A program made the translations under genes and the position numbers. A model generated the notes under the pieces. The model was not told the DNA's origin and searched no databases. It saw only the letters and a list, made by a program, of their open reading frames with translations. Below are positions 21,067 through 31,183 of a stretch of 64,000 nt of DNA, piece after piece. Every line of letters begins with the position of its first letter. The stretch's first letter is position 1. The DNA is from Phycisphaerae bacterium. Its GTDB lineage: Bacteria > Planctomycetota > Phycisphaerae > SM23-33. Where the stretch lies: contig JBKHCL010000004.1 of assembly GCA_046541875.1 (NCBI GenBank), positions 875 through 64,874 of the forward strand, in the 5' to 3' direction.

Positions 21067-22905
21067 TTACGGTTTGGGTACCACGAGCGGGCCCAGTTGC
21101 ACGTGGCGGGTAACCACCATCGAGCGAGAGACGTCCTTCCCGTCGGCGGTCTTCCACGACAGCGTGACCTTGCCTGCCCGGGGCAGGGCGAGTGTGGTCG
21201 GTTGGCCCGGACGCATCACGTGCATGCCCAGCAGGCGTTTCCCCATCGAGACGCTTACCGTCACCGGTTCGCTTGCGGGCGGGGGCGAGGTGGTCACGGC
21301 GAACCGCCGGAGGCGATCCGGCTCGGTCAGCGCCGCCCAGACGTTCCCGTCGGTATCCACGCCCAGCAGGTCCGGCGAGAGGTCGCCGTTGAGATCCGTC
21401 ACCACGCCGGCTTGCTGCCCGCCGGTCAGGGCGTCGTAGGCGTCGTTGGATTCCTGCGATCGCGTCAGCGAGATCGCGATGGCAAAGCACCCGAATCCGC
21501 GGGCGTAGAACAGCCCCGGCGCCGCCTTGGCGGAAAACACCGCCACCGACTGCCTGCCGTCTCCGCGAAGGTCGGCAGGGCAGATACTCTCCACCGGCGT
21601 CTGCGTGTTTTCCGCACTCAGGGCCGCAGCCAGTTCGCCGGTTTCCTTCATCGCCGATTGCCATCGTCCCGCGCTGTCACGCGTCAGTCTCGTCACGCCG
21701 CCCTGCCCGGCCACCATCACGTCCAGTCGCCCGTCGGCGTCATAGTCGCCGCAGACGGTGTCCACAGGCCCGTTGACCACGGAGATTCGCTGGACCCTGG
21801 GTTTGGCGAACGCGCCGGGCGTGTCGGAGGCCTGGTAGAAAACCAGCCCCTTCTCAAACACGTGCAGGATGTCCGATCGGCCGTCCTGGTTCAGGTCGGC
21901 GACGACCGCTGCTCCGCCGGCGCCGAGCTGCTTCGCTTCGGGAGCGGCTGGAAGGCGTTCGACGGTCAGCCCGCCCTTGCCGTCGGGCGTGAGAATCACC
22001 ACGTCCGCGTTGCGGGCGGCGACGAGTCTGCCGCCGAGAGAATGCAGCGAATTGCACTGCTGCAGCGCGACGCCGGCGGTCGGAGCGGCGAAGGTCCCGT
22101 CGGACTTGCGGAGCACCAGGCGAACCCGCTTGCCGTCCCACGAGGCGAGGTCGGCTTTGCCGTCGCCGTTGAAATCGCCGGCGGCCATCGCGCGCGACCG
22201 ACTCGTCAGCCCCAGCGATTTCGTGACGTCGGTTGGCATGGCGCCGTTCGCGCCGGGCCGGAAGACGCGGTCGCCGTCGTCATGGAGAATCACGATTCCA
22301 TCGTTGGTCGGCAGTTGGCCGTGAACTTTCCCGCTCAGCGTTGCCGGCTTGCTGCTTTTCGACCACGAGAGACCCGAGCGAACCGGGAACCGCGCCGACG
22401 GGCTGTCCTGGACGTACTGAACCGCCCGCAGGAGTTGGCTGGCCGAGCCGGCCCAGACCGTTTCCAGGTCGTCGGGATCCTCGACGATGTCCCACCGGTC
22501 CGGACCGGTGCGGATCAGTCCCACCCACGTCGTTCCGATCTGCAGCGAGCCGACCACGTCGTCGTTCTCGTCCTTCTCCTTGCGGACGAACAGCACGCCG
22601 ACCGCGGAGTTCGCGTCGTCCATCGCCGAGACCAGCTCCTCTTTGCCGATGTCCGATCGGCTGAAGTCCAGCACGAGCGTTCGCTTCTCGTTGCCCTTGG
22701 CGGGCTTCCCCGAGAGCGTCTTGACCACGCGGGCTGTGAGCTTGCCGTTCGCCGGGGGCGAAACGCGCACCGAGAGGATCTCCGAACTGGCGTCGTGGAG
22801 GTCCACCACGGTGAAGTTCGGGTTCACCAGCGCACGGGCGGGGACGACGGCCGAGAGAATCATGACGGCCGCCACGACAGCGGGTAGATGCACGGGAGTC
22901 TTCAT
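21067..22905 (-). CDS. Secreted FG-GAP / VCBS (integrin-alpha-like) repeat protein
   Basis: Signal peptide; repeated GDFNGDGKADL, ADLNQDGRSDIL, GDYDADGRLDV, TDLNGDLSPDLL calcium-binding FG-GAP motifs. Confidence 0.75.
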   Translation of the reverse strand: MKTPVHLPAVVAAVMILSAVVPARALVNPNFTVVDLHDASSEILSVRVSPPANGKLTARVVKTLSGKPAKGNEKRTLVLDFSRSDIGKEELVSAMDDANSAVGVLFVRKEKDENDDVVGSLQIGTTWVGLIRTGPDRWDIVEDPDDLETVWAGSASQLLRAVQYVQDSPSARFPVRSGLSWSKSSKPATLSGKVHGQLPTNDGIVILHDDGDRVFRPGANGAMPTDVTKSLGLTSRSRAMAAGDFNGDGKADLASWDGKRVRLVLRKSDGTFAAPTAGVALQQCNSLHSLGGRLVAARNADVVILTPDGKGGLTVERLPAAPEAKQLGAGGAAVVADLNQDGRSDILHVFEKGLVFYQASDTPGAFAKPRVQRISVVNGPVDTVCGDYDADGRLDVMVAGQGGVTRLTRDSAGRWQSAMKETGELAAALSAENTQTPVESICPADLRGDGRQSVAVFSAKAAPGLFYARGFGCFAIAISLTRSQESNDAYDALTGGQQAGVVTDLNGDLSPDLLGVDTDGNVWAALTEPDRLRRFAVTTSPPPASEPVTVSVSMGKRLLGMHVMRPGQPTTLALPRAGKVTLSWKTADGKDVSRSMVVTRHVQLGPLVVPKP

Positions 22906-22911
22906 GCGAGG

Positions 22912-25449
22912 TTATTCTCCACTTGGCGGGTTGGTCCAGAGGTTCTCGCCCTTCTCTCCGTTCAGCTCGGCGGCCAGGGCGTACTCGGCTGCCGCCAGGG
23001 CGTACCAGTCCAGGCTGATGGTCGCCTGCGACAGGGCGTTTCCGACGATCCAGGAATCTTTCCGTCGGGCGCGAAGGGCTTCGATGCGGGCCTTCATCTT
23101 CGGTGACGTTCGCATCGCCCGGGCCAGTTGCACGGCCAGTTCGGTCTCCTGGAGACCTTCCAGGAACATCTGCCCGCGGGTGGTGATGACGGCTCCGTCG
23201 GGTCCGGGGCTGGTCAGCGACGGGCAGTGCCCGCGCCACAGCCAGCCTTCCTTCGGAGGCGAGCCGTATCGGCTTCGGAGTCGGCCTCGATGGTCGGTAA
23301 TCGTCGGCCAGAAGTCCAACCCGATGCGTCCCAGCGTTCCGCCCCCGTCGCGATCTCCATAGAGCACGCCCCGGTACGACAGCGGGCTGGACTCGTAATG
23401 GATGGTCGTGCGCTCGGCCTGGGCGATGAGATACTGCTGATCGGACTTCTCCACGTCGGGCCAGTCTCGGCTCAGTTCGGGCAGTCCGCCTCCGTTGGGG
23501 CCGATCTTGAAACCGACCTCCACGCCACCGTGGGCGATGAATCGGCCGTTGACCGGTTTGGGCTCGCGGACCCAGTGGGCATATCCCTGCCAACGCATGG
23601 TGGGCTGGATCTTCTTGAAGAAGTCCACCGCCGGTTGCAGCGGGCGCGAGTCGAACACCTCGCCCAGCAGGAAGTATTCGTCGTCGCAGCCGCGTTTCTT
23701 GAGGCGTGATCGAACGCCCTCGATCATGGTTTTCCAGAAGTCCTCTCCCTGCCCCTTACCGTAGTGCGGGGCCTCCATGGGGCTGGTTTTGCCGGTCTTC
23801 GGGTCCAGCAGGGCGACCTTGATCGGGCCGACCTTCTTGTTCTTCATTCCGCGGAACCACGTGCGGCAGCCGTAACTGTGTTGCCAGACCAGCAGCGTGG
23901 TCACGGTGGGTTTGCCGAAGACCTTGATATGCAGGTCGAGGTACTTCTCGAAGATCGAGTAGTCCGGCTCGTAGCCGTCGCCCTTGCGGACCCAGCGGAT
24001 CATGGGGTGTTCGTGATGGAGGTAATCTTCGAGGACCACCGGGACCAGCAGAACGTCGTTGCCGCTCTTGGCCATCGCCCGGAAGGAGTTCTCGATCAGC
24101 TTCCAGTGCGCGTCGGACCAGGGCTCGACCTTGTAGGTATCCAGAAGCGTCTCGGGCGACTGGTACATACTGATGCGCGTGGCGTTGTTCTTCGGGTCCG
24201 GAACGGTCCAGGGCGCCACGAGCACCTCCACCGGAACGGTCCAACGTTTCCCGCTCACCCGCAGGGTCAGCTTGCCGGTGTACCAACCCGGCGCCTGGTC
24301 GCGCGGGACGTCCACCAGCACCCACACGGGCTGGACGGCATTGCCGTCGGCCGGCTGGGACGAAAGCCCGTTGCAGAACTCCTCGTAATGCGTCTGGTGG
24401 GCGTAGCGAACCCGCACGCTCTCTGCCGGCAGCGTGGCCTTGCCGTCGGTGTGTCGCAGCGGGCTGATCTCGGCGTGGAGACCCTTGAACGCCTTGGGGC
24501 CGCTGACCACGACCTGGTCGGAGCATGTCCCGCCGCGCGGGGCGATGGTACGCATCGGTCGAAGCGGATCGAAGGGGTTGCCTCGCGTGATTCCCGCCGG
24601 CGTGACGGCCATCTTCCACCAGAGGAACCCGTCGCGATAGGGACCGGGCTTGGTGGCGATGGTGTCCATCGCGGTGGCGTCGGAGACGGTAATGTCCTTC
24701 AGCGGGTCGGCGTAGCGGATCGCGCCGCGTCCGGTGGGGCTGGTGAGAACCGCCTTGCACAGCCCGGCCGTGGCCCAGGCGTCCCGGCTGTTGGTGCGCA
24801 TGCCCTTGAGCGGGGCGGCGTGAATCTCCAGCGCCAGGATGTTTGTTCCGCGTCGAAGGGCGCTGGAGGGAATGCGAACGGTCGCCGAACGGATCCGCTT
24901 CTCGTAGCGGTCGCGGAACTTCTCAGCCGGGCGTGAAGTGCGACGAAGCTGATTGCCCTCCGGGTCGACGAACGCCTCGGGCGGATACGCGTCGGCCTGG
25001 CTGGCGGGGGTGAGTTCGCCCTTGCCCAGATGCTTGCGCGTGATCTCCCTGCCGTTGACGTAGACCACCACGCCGCCGCGGTATTCCATCGTCAGCGTCA
25101 GGTCCGTGAGCTTGCTCGGATCGGCCACGCCAAACCGGGTTCGCAGGCAGAGCAGCGCGCGGGTGGGGCTCTGCTCCGAGCCGTACTCGCCGATGGCCTC
25201 GGACAGATCGCTGCTGTATCGCCCCCAGCCGCGGTCGTTGAACTCGGCTGTCTCCCACTTCGCCGGTGGGGCAGGGGTGTATCCTTCCGCCTCGACGCTG
25301 TGTTTTTTCAGTTTCGCGCATGTCAGGAACACGCGCCACGGGGCGCCCTCGGGCAGTACAACCGCCTCGGGCGAATCCCCCCGGGCGTGGGCAGGTCCCC
25401 ATACACACGTAATGCACGTCAACAGAACGATCAGTACACGGATTTTCAC
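22912..25449 (-). CDS. Large secreted hypothetical protein, possibly glycoside-hydrolase-like
   Basis: Signal peptide MKIRVLIVLLTCITCVWGPAHA; 845 aa; GTG start overlaps the upstream stop (GTGA); function not assignable from sequence alone. Confidence 0.65.
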   Translation of the reverse strand: MKIRVLIVLLTCITCVWGPAHARGDSPEAVVLPEGAPWRVFLTCAKLKKHSVEAEGYTPAPPAKWETAEFNDRGWGRYSSDLSEAIGEYGSEQSPTRALLCLRTRFGVADPSKLTDLTLTMEYRGGVVVYVNGREITRKHLGKGELTPASQADAYPPEAFVDPEGNQLRRTSRPAEKFRDRYEKRIRSATVRIPSSALRRGTNILALEIHAAPLKGMRTNSRDAWATAGLCKAVLTSPTGRGAIRYADPLKDITVSDATAMDTIATKPGPYRDGFLWWKMAVTPAGITRGNPFDPLRPMRTIAPRGGTCSDQVVVSGPKAFKGLHAEISPLRHTDGKATLPAESVRVRYAHQTHYEEFCNGLSSQPADGNAVQPVWVLVDVPRDQAPGWYTGKLTLRVSGKRWTVPVEVLVAPWTVPDPKNNATRISMYQSPETLLDTYKVEPWSDAHWKLIENSFRAMAKSGNDVLLVPVVLEDYLHHEHPMIRWVRKGDGYEPDYSIFEKYLDLHIKVFGKPTVTTLLVWQHSYGCRTWFRGMKNKKVGPIKVALLDPKTGKTSPMEAPHYGKGQGEDFWKTMIEGVRSRLKKRGCDDEYFLLGEVFDSRPLQPAVDFFKKIQPTMRWQGYAHWVREPKPVNGRFIAHGGVEVGFKIGPNGGGLPELSRDWPDVEKSDQQYLIAQAERTTIHYESSPLSYRGVLYGDRDGGGTLGRIGLDFWPTITDHRGRLRSRYGSPPKEGWLWRGHCPSLTSPGPDGAVITTRGQMFLEGLQETELAVQLARAMRTSPKMKARIEALRARRKDSWIVGNALSQATISLDWYALAAAEYALAAELNGEKGENLWTNPPSGE

Positions 25450-27404
25450 GAATCGGTCTCCTTCCTGCTGTTCGCGGACCAGGTCCGCTTGTCGATTTCT
25501 TCTCCCTCCGGCGTGAGCACGCGCAACGTCGCTGCGTCCGGGGCGATGGTCAACAGTGAGAAGTGGTGCTCCGTCCCGAAGGCCTTCGAGTACGGATTCT
25601 GCTTGCGGGCGTCTTCGCGTTTGGGGTAGGTCCCCGCACCGCCGCCCCCCGTCACGATGGCCGAGAGCCCGCCGGGCAGCTCCGACCGCTCATAGCCATG
25701 GTCGTGCCCGCAGAACAGGCCCGCCACGTCGTGCTTCTCCAGGATAGGCACGATGCGATTGCGTCCCTGGCGCGACGTCCACTCCAGCACACGTCCGTCG
25801 TGGGCGAGCTTGCCGTGATTCCGCGAGGAGTACGCCGGGTAATGACTCACCACAAACACCAGCGGTGTCTCGGCCTTGCTCAGCGTGCGTTCCAGCCACT
25901 TGCTCGACGGTTTGCCGGAGGAGAAATCGCCCCCGCCGTCGATGCCCACCAGCAATCCGCCGCCAAGGAGTTGGCTCCAGTGCTCGCCGGGTTGACCGTC
26001 GCCGAAGAGTGTCTCCAGCAGCGGCGAGTAGCGGTCGTGATTGCCCGGGATCACCCGAAACGGAACCTCCGCCAGCAGCTTGGCCGCCGGCTGGAGGAAC
26101 GTCTCCTGCCATTGTTGCTCGAGCAACCCATCCACCACCAGGTCGCCGGCGATGATCACAAGGTCAGGCCGGCTCTTTTCCAGGGCGGCCGAGACGTCCT
26201 TCCACGCCTTGCCGGACTGCGGATCGCCCACGATGGCGACGGTGGTCGGCCGACCGGGAGCGGGCAGCGTTCGCAGCGTGGACCGTTGCGTCCGGCCTTT
26301 GCCCACCCTTACGCGATAGTCGTACTCGGTGGCGGGCTTGAGACCCTTGAGTTCCCAGCGATGGAGCACGCCGGAGGGAGATTCCAGCGTTCGCCCGTCG
26401 ATGGTAAGCGTCGCGGGGACATTCGCGTCGGCGACGACGGCGAGGTGCAACGTATTCCCGCGGGCGGACAGAATCGGCCCCATGACGATACGGGCATCTT
26501 TCGGGCGCACGCCGAGCATTCGCAGCGTTCCGTCGTTCTTGTCGGCCACCATGCGGCGGGCTTGCCACAGCGGGATGCTTCGTTCGAGCACGTTCTCGCC
26601 GTCCTTGAGCAGGTCGGTGGATACTCCTCTCAGCCGCGGGCCGATCATGCCCGGCAGCGGGCGGGAGAGCGTCTTTCCGTTGAGCATTGCCTCGTCGCTG
26701 CCCTGCCCGACGACCGTGACCGACGCGAACCGGTTGGGGTCCTCGGCGGTGAAGCGGCAGCGTGTTTCCACGACCGGCTGGCCGACGGGCACCACGCGTC
26801 CTTGGAGGAACCATCGCTTCGCCCCGCTTGTGACGCGGGCGGCTACCACATGTGTGCCCTTGGTGAGGGTCACCTTGGCGCTGTGTTCTCCGGCGGCCTT
26901 GGCCTGGATGACCTTCCTGGAGTCCACCCACACGGTGACCGGCCCGGCCGACTCGACGGCCAGCACGACCGTCTCGTCGCGTGCGGTTTCCATCGCTCCG
27001 AAGGTCCACGCCCATCGACCTTTCCATGGGGCTCCGTGTCCGATGGTGAGGTCCAGCACGCTGCCGTTGTACAGCGGAAGGGTGGCCCGGCAGGCGCTGA
27101 TGCCCCCCAGCGTCAGCGTGGTGGGCACGTCGCTGAGCTGGGCCGGTGCGAGGGTCGCCACGGTGGCGGCGTTGGGTTCCCACGCCACGAAGGTCCGCCA
27201 CTTTCCCGGCCAGGACGACGACGGGGCCGATACGTCGCACGACGCGACGGCTGCGGCGAGGGAAGGCTTCCAGTCGCCGAGATACGCCCCCGAGCGCACG
27301 CGAAACGTCCAATCGCTCTGGTTGGTCAGGTTCTTCAGGGGCTCACTCTCCGCCGTTGAGGCAATCAGCCCCAAGGTCAGGGCGGCGATTGCTATTCGTG
27401 TCAT
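25446..27404 (-). CDS. Secreted calcineurin-like metallophosphoesterase (purple-acid-phosphatase-like) with N-terminal Fn3/PAP-N region
   Basis: Signal peptide; motifs VAIVGDPQSG, IIAGDLVVDG, VIPGNHDRY, FVVSHYPAYSS, FCGHDHGYERS. Confidence 0.8.
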   Translation of the reverse strand: MTRIAIAALTLGLIASTAESEPLKNLTNQSDWTFRVRSGAYLGDWKPSLAAAVASCDVSAPSSSWPGKWRTFVAWEPNAATVATLAPAQLSDVPTTLTLGGISACRATLPLYNGSVLDLTIGHGAPWKGRWAWTFGAMETARDETVVLAVESAGPVTVWVDSRKVIQAKAAGEHSAKVTLTKGTHVVAARVTSGAKRWFLQGRVVPVGQPVVETRCRFTAEDPNRFASVTVVGQGSDEAMLNGKTLSRPLPGMIGPRLRGVSTDLLKDGENVLERSIPLWQARRMVADKNDGTLRMLGVRPKDARIVMGPILSARGNTLHLAVVADANVPATLTIDGRTLESPSGVLHRWELKGLKPATEYDYRVRVGKGRTQRSTLRTLPAPGRPTTVAIVGDPQSGKAWKDVSAALEKSRPDLVIIAGDLVVDGLLEQQWQETFLQPAAKLLAEVPFRVIPGNHDRYSPLLETLFGDGQPGEHWSQLLGGGLLVGIDGGGDFSSGKPSSKWLERTLSKAETPLVFVVSHYPAYSSRNHGKLAHDGRVLEWTSRQGRNRIVPILEKHDVAGLFCGHDHGYERSELPGGLSAIVTGGGGAGTYPKREDARKQNPYSKAFGTEHHFSLLTIAPDAATLRVLTPEGEEIDKRTWSANSRKETDS

Positions 27405-27606
27405 CGGCTAGGCTCCGGTGAGGGCTCGCATCAAAGAACCGCCGGGGCGGGATGTTCGATTCACACCGGCCGGCAGGATGATCGGTTGCACTGTGTTTCC
27501 GCATTATATGCAACAACCGGAAAGGCCGAGAGCACCGCAGCTTCTTCGCTTTTGGGAAAAAGCTGTCTCCGATTGCATTGCGACGTTTCCAGCAGCCGCC
27601 TCGGCG

Positions 27607-28425
27607 TCAGTGGATCCGAAGGACCGCCTTGAGAAGGTAAACCAGCGGGACCACCACCAGGATGTACGTCACCAGCCACGCCGGCAGGAAGGCGCCCATC
27701 GCGGTGGTGGGCGCGAACCAGGGAATCACCCCGAGCACCTTCGCCGGGCGCAGATAGACCACCGATTGCGGTAGCAGGAAGCGTGGGTCGTGCTGGCGGA
27801 CCGTTGGTGCGTAGGTCGGCTGACCGATTCGCAGGGGATGCTCGAAGGTCTCCCCGCGCGATCGCATCTGCAGTATGTAGTCGTCCGGGCGGGCGGCTCC
27901 GCTGATCTGCCATCGCGCCACCGCGTGGGCCGGTCCGGATTGGCCGGGCTTGGTCCGGGCGATCCATCGATCGGCCTGCAGGCCGGGCTGGGGCACCAGC
28001 GTTACCAGCGAGCCCGTTGCCGACGGTGGCAACGAGAGTTCGAGCGTGACGGTTTCTCGGGCCTGGGGTGGATGGACCTCCAGGCGGTAGTAGCCCCACG
28101 TGCCCACCGCGCCGATGATCGGGATGCTCAGCAGCAGCGGCCAACCCTCGGCCCGGAGGAGCTTGAGCTGCACCAGGGTGCGGGTGGCCTTGTGACGGGT
28201 GGCGGCGGGTTTGTCTTTTCGGCGTTTCGCCTCGCGTATGAGCTGCTTGAGACGCTTGCGGTCGGCGACGCAGCGGGAGAGTTTCTCCTGGTCGGTCACG
28301 ACGCGGCGGACCAGGACCATCGCCACCCCGGAGATCGCCGCCAGTGCGATCGCCGGCAGCGCACCGGGCAGCAACAGCAGCCAACCCAGTGCGACGTCCA
28401 TGATGGACAGGAAGGTCTCAAGCAT
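27607..28425 (-). CDS. Small integral membrane protein (two TM segments flanking a Lys/Arg-rich helix), last gene of a coupled three-gene cassette
   Basis: Start MLETFLSIMDV overlaps the upstream stop by 8 nt; TM1 LGWLLLLPGALPAIALAAISGVAMVLV, KR-rich helix, C-terminal TM. Confidence 0.5.
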   Translation of the reverse strand: MLETFLSIMDVALGWLLLLPGALPAIALAAISGVAMVLVRRVVTDQEKLSRCVADRKRLKQLIREAKRRKDKPAATRHKATRTLVQLKLLRAEGWPLLLSIPIIGAVGTWGYYRLEVHPPQARETVTLELSLPPSATGSLVTLVPQPGLQADRWIARTKPGQSGPAHAVARWQISGAARPDDYILQMRSRGETFEHPLRIGQPTYAPTVRQHDPRFLLPQSVVYLRPAKVLGVIPWFAPTTAMGAFLPAWLVTYILVVVPLVYLLKAVLRIH

Positions 28426-31183
28426 GGTCGACCTCCTCCCCGCCGGCGTTGGCGGCGAGTCGATGGACCCGCCCCTCGTTGCCGTCCACGCGGACCCGCT
28501 CCCCGTCGGTGAGGATGCGGGTGGCATCGCCCAGGGCGACGGCCGGTATGCCGAAGTCCCGCGCGACGATCGCTCCGTGACTCAGCGCCCCGCCGCGCTC
28601 GACGATCAGGGCGGCGGCGTTCATGAACAGCGGTGTCCAGGCGGGGTCGGTCGAACTGCACACCAGCACGTAGCCCCCGTCGAGTTCGCCGGCCTGCGAT
28701 GGGTCGTGGACGATGCGGGCCGGTCCGTCGGCCACTCCCCCCGCCAGCCGGGCCGCGGTGAAACTCTCCCCGCCGGCAATCCGGGGCGGTCGTCCCAGCG
28801 AGTCCAACTCGTCGGAGTCAATCACGTCACCGGCGTGCAGCCGTTGGGCAGAGGCGTGACGCAGGCGGCGCTTCTCGACGCGGCGCTGCAACTCCCCGGC
28901 GGTGTCGCTCATCGCCCGGGGCAGTTCGGTCAACTGCAGGAAGTACACGCCCCGGCCCAGGGGCGAGCGGCGAGCGATTTCTTCGATCGTCAGGCGAATC
29001 AGCTCGTATCCCATCATGAGGTAGTACTTGCCCGTCTCGCGGTAGGGCAGCAGGGCCTGAGCGCGGCTGAGGTGTTCGGCGATTTCCTCGCGAAAGCTGC
29101 TGCCTCCCCACTTCGCGAGGGTCTCGGGCAGTTCGGCCTCGGCCTGCAACCGCCGCTGGACATTCGCCTCGCGTATCTGCCGGGGGTCGCGGGCATCGCT
29201 GCGGGCGAAGCGCGCGGTGAGCGTGCGGAGGTAGCTGTCATCCTCGCGCCAGCGCGGGTTGCTCAGCTCCATCTCGCCGAGACACCGATGGCCGAACCGC
29301 TCGAGGAAGGCTCCCATGGCACCTCGTCCATTGGCGACGTCATGGAGCATCGCGTCCTGCTCGAACGTCACGTCGCCCTCCAACGCGAGGGTCAGCCGAC
29401 CGGCCAGGGCCGGGCCGTCCACCGGGCCGACGATCTGCTCGAGCAGGGCGGTGAGTTTGGCCAGTGCGATCCCGCCGAAAAAGCCCGGCAGCAGCGATTC
29501 GGGCGCGAACTCGCTGAGCACGCGTTGACGGCGATCGTGCAACTGTCCCAGCAGCTTCTGGTCGGACAACGTCGAGAGATCTCGGCTGCGTTGCCGCTGG
29601 ACCCAGTGGAGATAGTCCGGGAGGATCTCTTTCTCAAACCGGTCGGCCGAGTGGGGGCCCAGTTGTTTGGTTCGGCGGTGGCTGCGGATCATCCCGGCGA
29701 TGTTGGCGGGCAGGTTCAGGAGGAATCGGCTGTCGGCCCGCTCGGGTGCGAATCGCGTGGGGGCGGTGTCCAGCGCCGAGCGGTCTTCCACCAGCGCGTC
29801 GAGGTCATACTCCATGGGCATCCCGTCCCAGAACAGATCCGGCAGTCGATCCGGGTCGGCGTAGATTCTCCCGCAGATCAGCTCCAGGAAGCCCTCCCGG
29901 CGGACCTCGCGGCTGGGGCGGTATCCCAGTATCCGGTACAGTCTCCCGAACCCGCCCTCGCCGGTCATGAACTCGCGGACAATGTCCCAGGTCAGCGGTG
30001 TGGGGGCGGTGAGCGTCTCGCCGAGGTTGTGGGCGACCCAGACCTTCCGTGACGAGCCGGCCAGCTCGCGCAGACGGTGGATTTCCTCCCGCCGGCCCGC
30101 CTCGACGTCCTCGGCCAGTTCGAGCCCGCGGATCGCGCGGGACTGCAGCAGGGCGAATTCCCCGCCGGCCAAGCCCCACTCGATGTCCACCGGATGGCCG
30201 AAATAGGCCTCCACGCGGAGGGAAAGGTCCACCAGCTCAGCCACCATCCCGGCCGTGAGGCAGGGCGACTCGGGGTCCTGCGGCGGGGGGTGGGAACCCA
30301 GGGCGGCGAAGACGGTCGCCTTCTCGCCGATTTCGACGGAGTAGTCGGCCGGGTTGTCGCGCGGAACGAGGTAGCGGTCGGGCGCGACATCGCCGGAGAC
30401 CACCGCCTCGCCCAGTCCGAACGACGCCTCGATCACCATGCGATCGTGGTCCAAGGCGGTGGGGTCTTTCGTGAAAACGATGCCCGAGATTTCCGATGGC
30501 CACATCGCCTGAACGTTGACGGCGGTTCCCCCCAGGCCGTGAATGTTGTTGCGCCGGCGGTAGTCGATCGCCCGCGGGTTGTTCCAGGACGCGAAGACCG
30601 CGTCGATGCAGGCGCGGAGGATGTCCTTCGGTTCGGTGGGGACGGGTTTGCCCAGGCGGGTGCGGCAGGCGGCGAGAAGCTCATCGCTCACCACGCGCGA
30701 GGGCGGGCGCGAGGCGAGAATGTCGTCGAACACCGCCGGCTCGAGGCCGCCGACCGTTTTGACGTATTGCAGGACGAACTGGATCCACAGGGCCCAGAAG
30801 CGTTCGTCGTCGCCCAGGTCATCGGCCAGGCCGGGGTGAATCCCGACATTCAGCAGCGTGTCCATCATTCCGGGCATGGACCGGGCAGCCCCGGACCGCA
30901 CGGACACCAGCAGCGGTTGATCGCCCGCCCCGAAGGTTCGCCCGAGGTCCGATTCCAGCCGCGCGAGGTTCGTTTCGAGTTCGCCGTCCAGGCCGGCGGG
31001 CCAGCGGCCTTCGTTCTCCAGCCAGGCGGCGCAGGTGTCGGTGGTGATGGTGAACCCGGCGGGCACGTGCAGCTCGGCGAGCGTCAAGGCCTTGAGGGAT
31101 GCCCCCTTGCCGCCCAGCAATGTTCGGGCATCGGCGCCGTCGGGCAGGGGGTCGGAGAAATAGTGTACGTGGCGCGACATCAT
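28418..31183 (-). CDS. PEP-utilising enzyme family phosphotransferase (PpsA / rifampin-phosphotransferase-like: PPDK_N ATP-grasp + helical middle region + His swivel domain)
   Basis: N-terminal GGKGASLKALTLAELHVPAGF...SVRSGAARSMPGMMDTLLNVG; C-terminal mobile domain GGALSHGAIVARDFGIPAVALG with catalytic His; no PEP/pyruvate TIM-barrel domain; ATG overlaps upstream stop (ATGA). Confidence 0.85.
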   Translation of the reverse strand: MMSRHVHYFSDPLPDGADARTLLGGKGASLKALTLAELHVPAGFTITTDTCAAWLENEGRWPAGLDGELETNLARLESDLGRTFGAGDQPLLVSVRSGAARSMPGMMDTLLNVGIHPGLADDLGDDERFWALWIQFVLQYVKTVGGLEPAVFDDILASRPPSRVVSDELLAACRTRLGKPVPTEPKDILRACIDAVFASWNNPRAIDYRRRNNIHGLGGTAVNVQAMWPSEISGIVFTKDPTALDHDRMVIEASFGLGEAVVSGDVAPDRYLVPRDNPADYSVEIGEKATVFAALGSHPPPQDPESPCLTAGMVAELVDLSLRVEAYFGHPVDIEWGLAGGEFALLQSRAIRGLELAEDVEAGRREEIHRLRELAGSSRKVWVAHNLGETLTAPTPLTWDIVREFMTGEGGFGRLYRILGYRPSREVRREGFLELICGRIYADPDRLPDLFWDGMPMEYDLDALVEDRSALDTAPTRFAPERADSRFLLNLPANIAGMIRSHRRTKQLGPHSADRFEKEILPDYLHWVQRQRSRDLSTLSDQKLLGQLHDRRQRVLSEFAPESLLPGFFGGIALAKLTALLEQIVGPVDGPALAGRLTLALEGDVTFEQDAMLHDVANGRGAMGAFLERFGHRCLGEMELSNPRWREDDSYLRTLTARFARSDARDPRQIREANVQRRLQAEAELPETLAKWGGSSFREEIAEHLSRAQALLPYRETGKYYLMMGYELIRLTIEEIARRSPLGRGVYFLQLTELPRAMSDTAGELQRRVEKRRLRHASAQRLHAGDVIDSDELDSLGRPPRIAGGESFTAARLAGGVADGPARIVHDPSQAGELDGGYVLVCSSTDPAWTPLFMNAAALIVERGGALSHGAIVARDFGIPAVALGDATRILTDGERVRVDGNEGRVHRLAANAGGEEVDHA

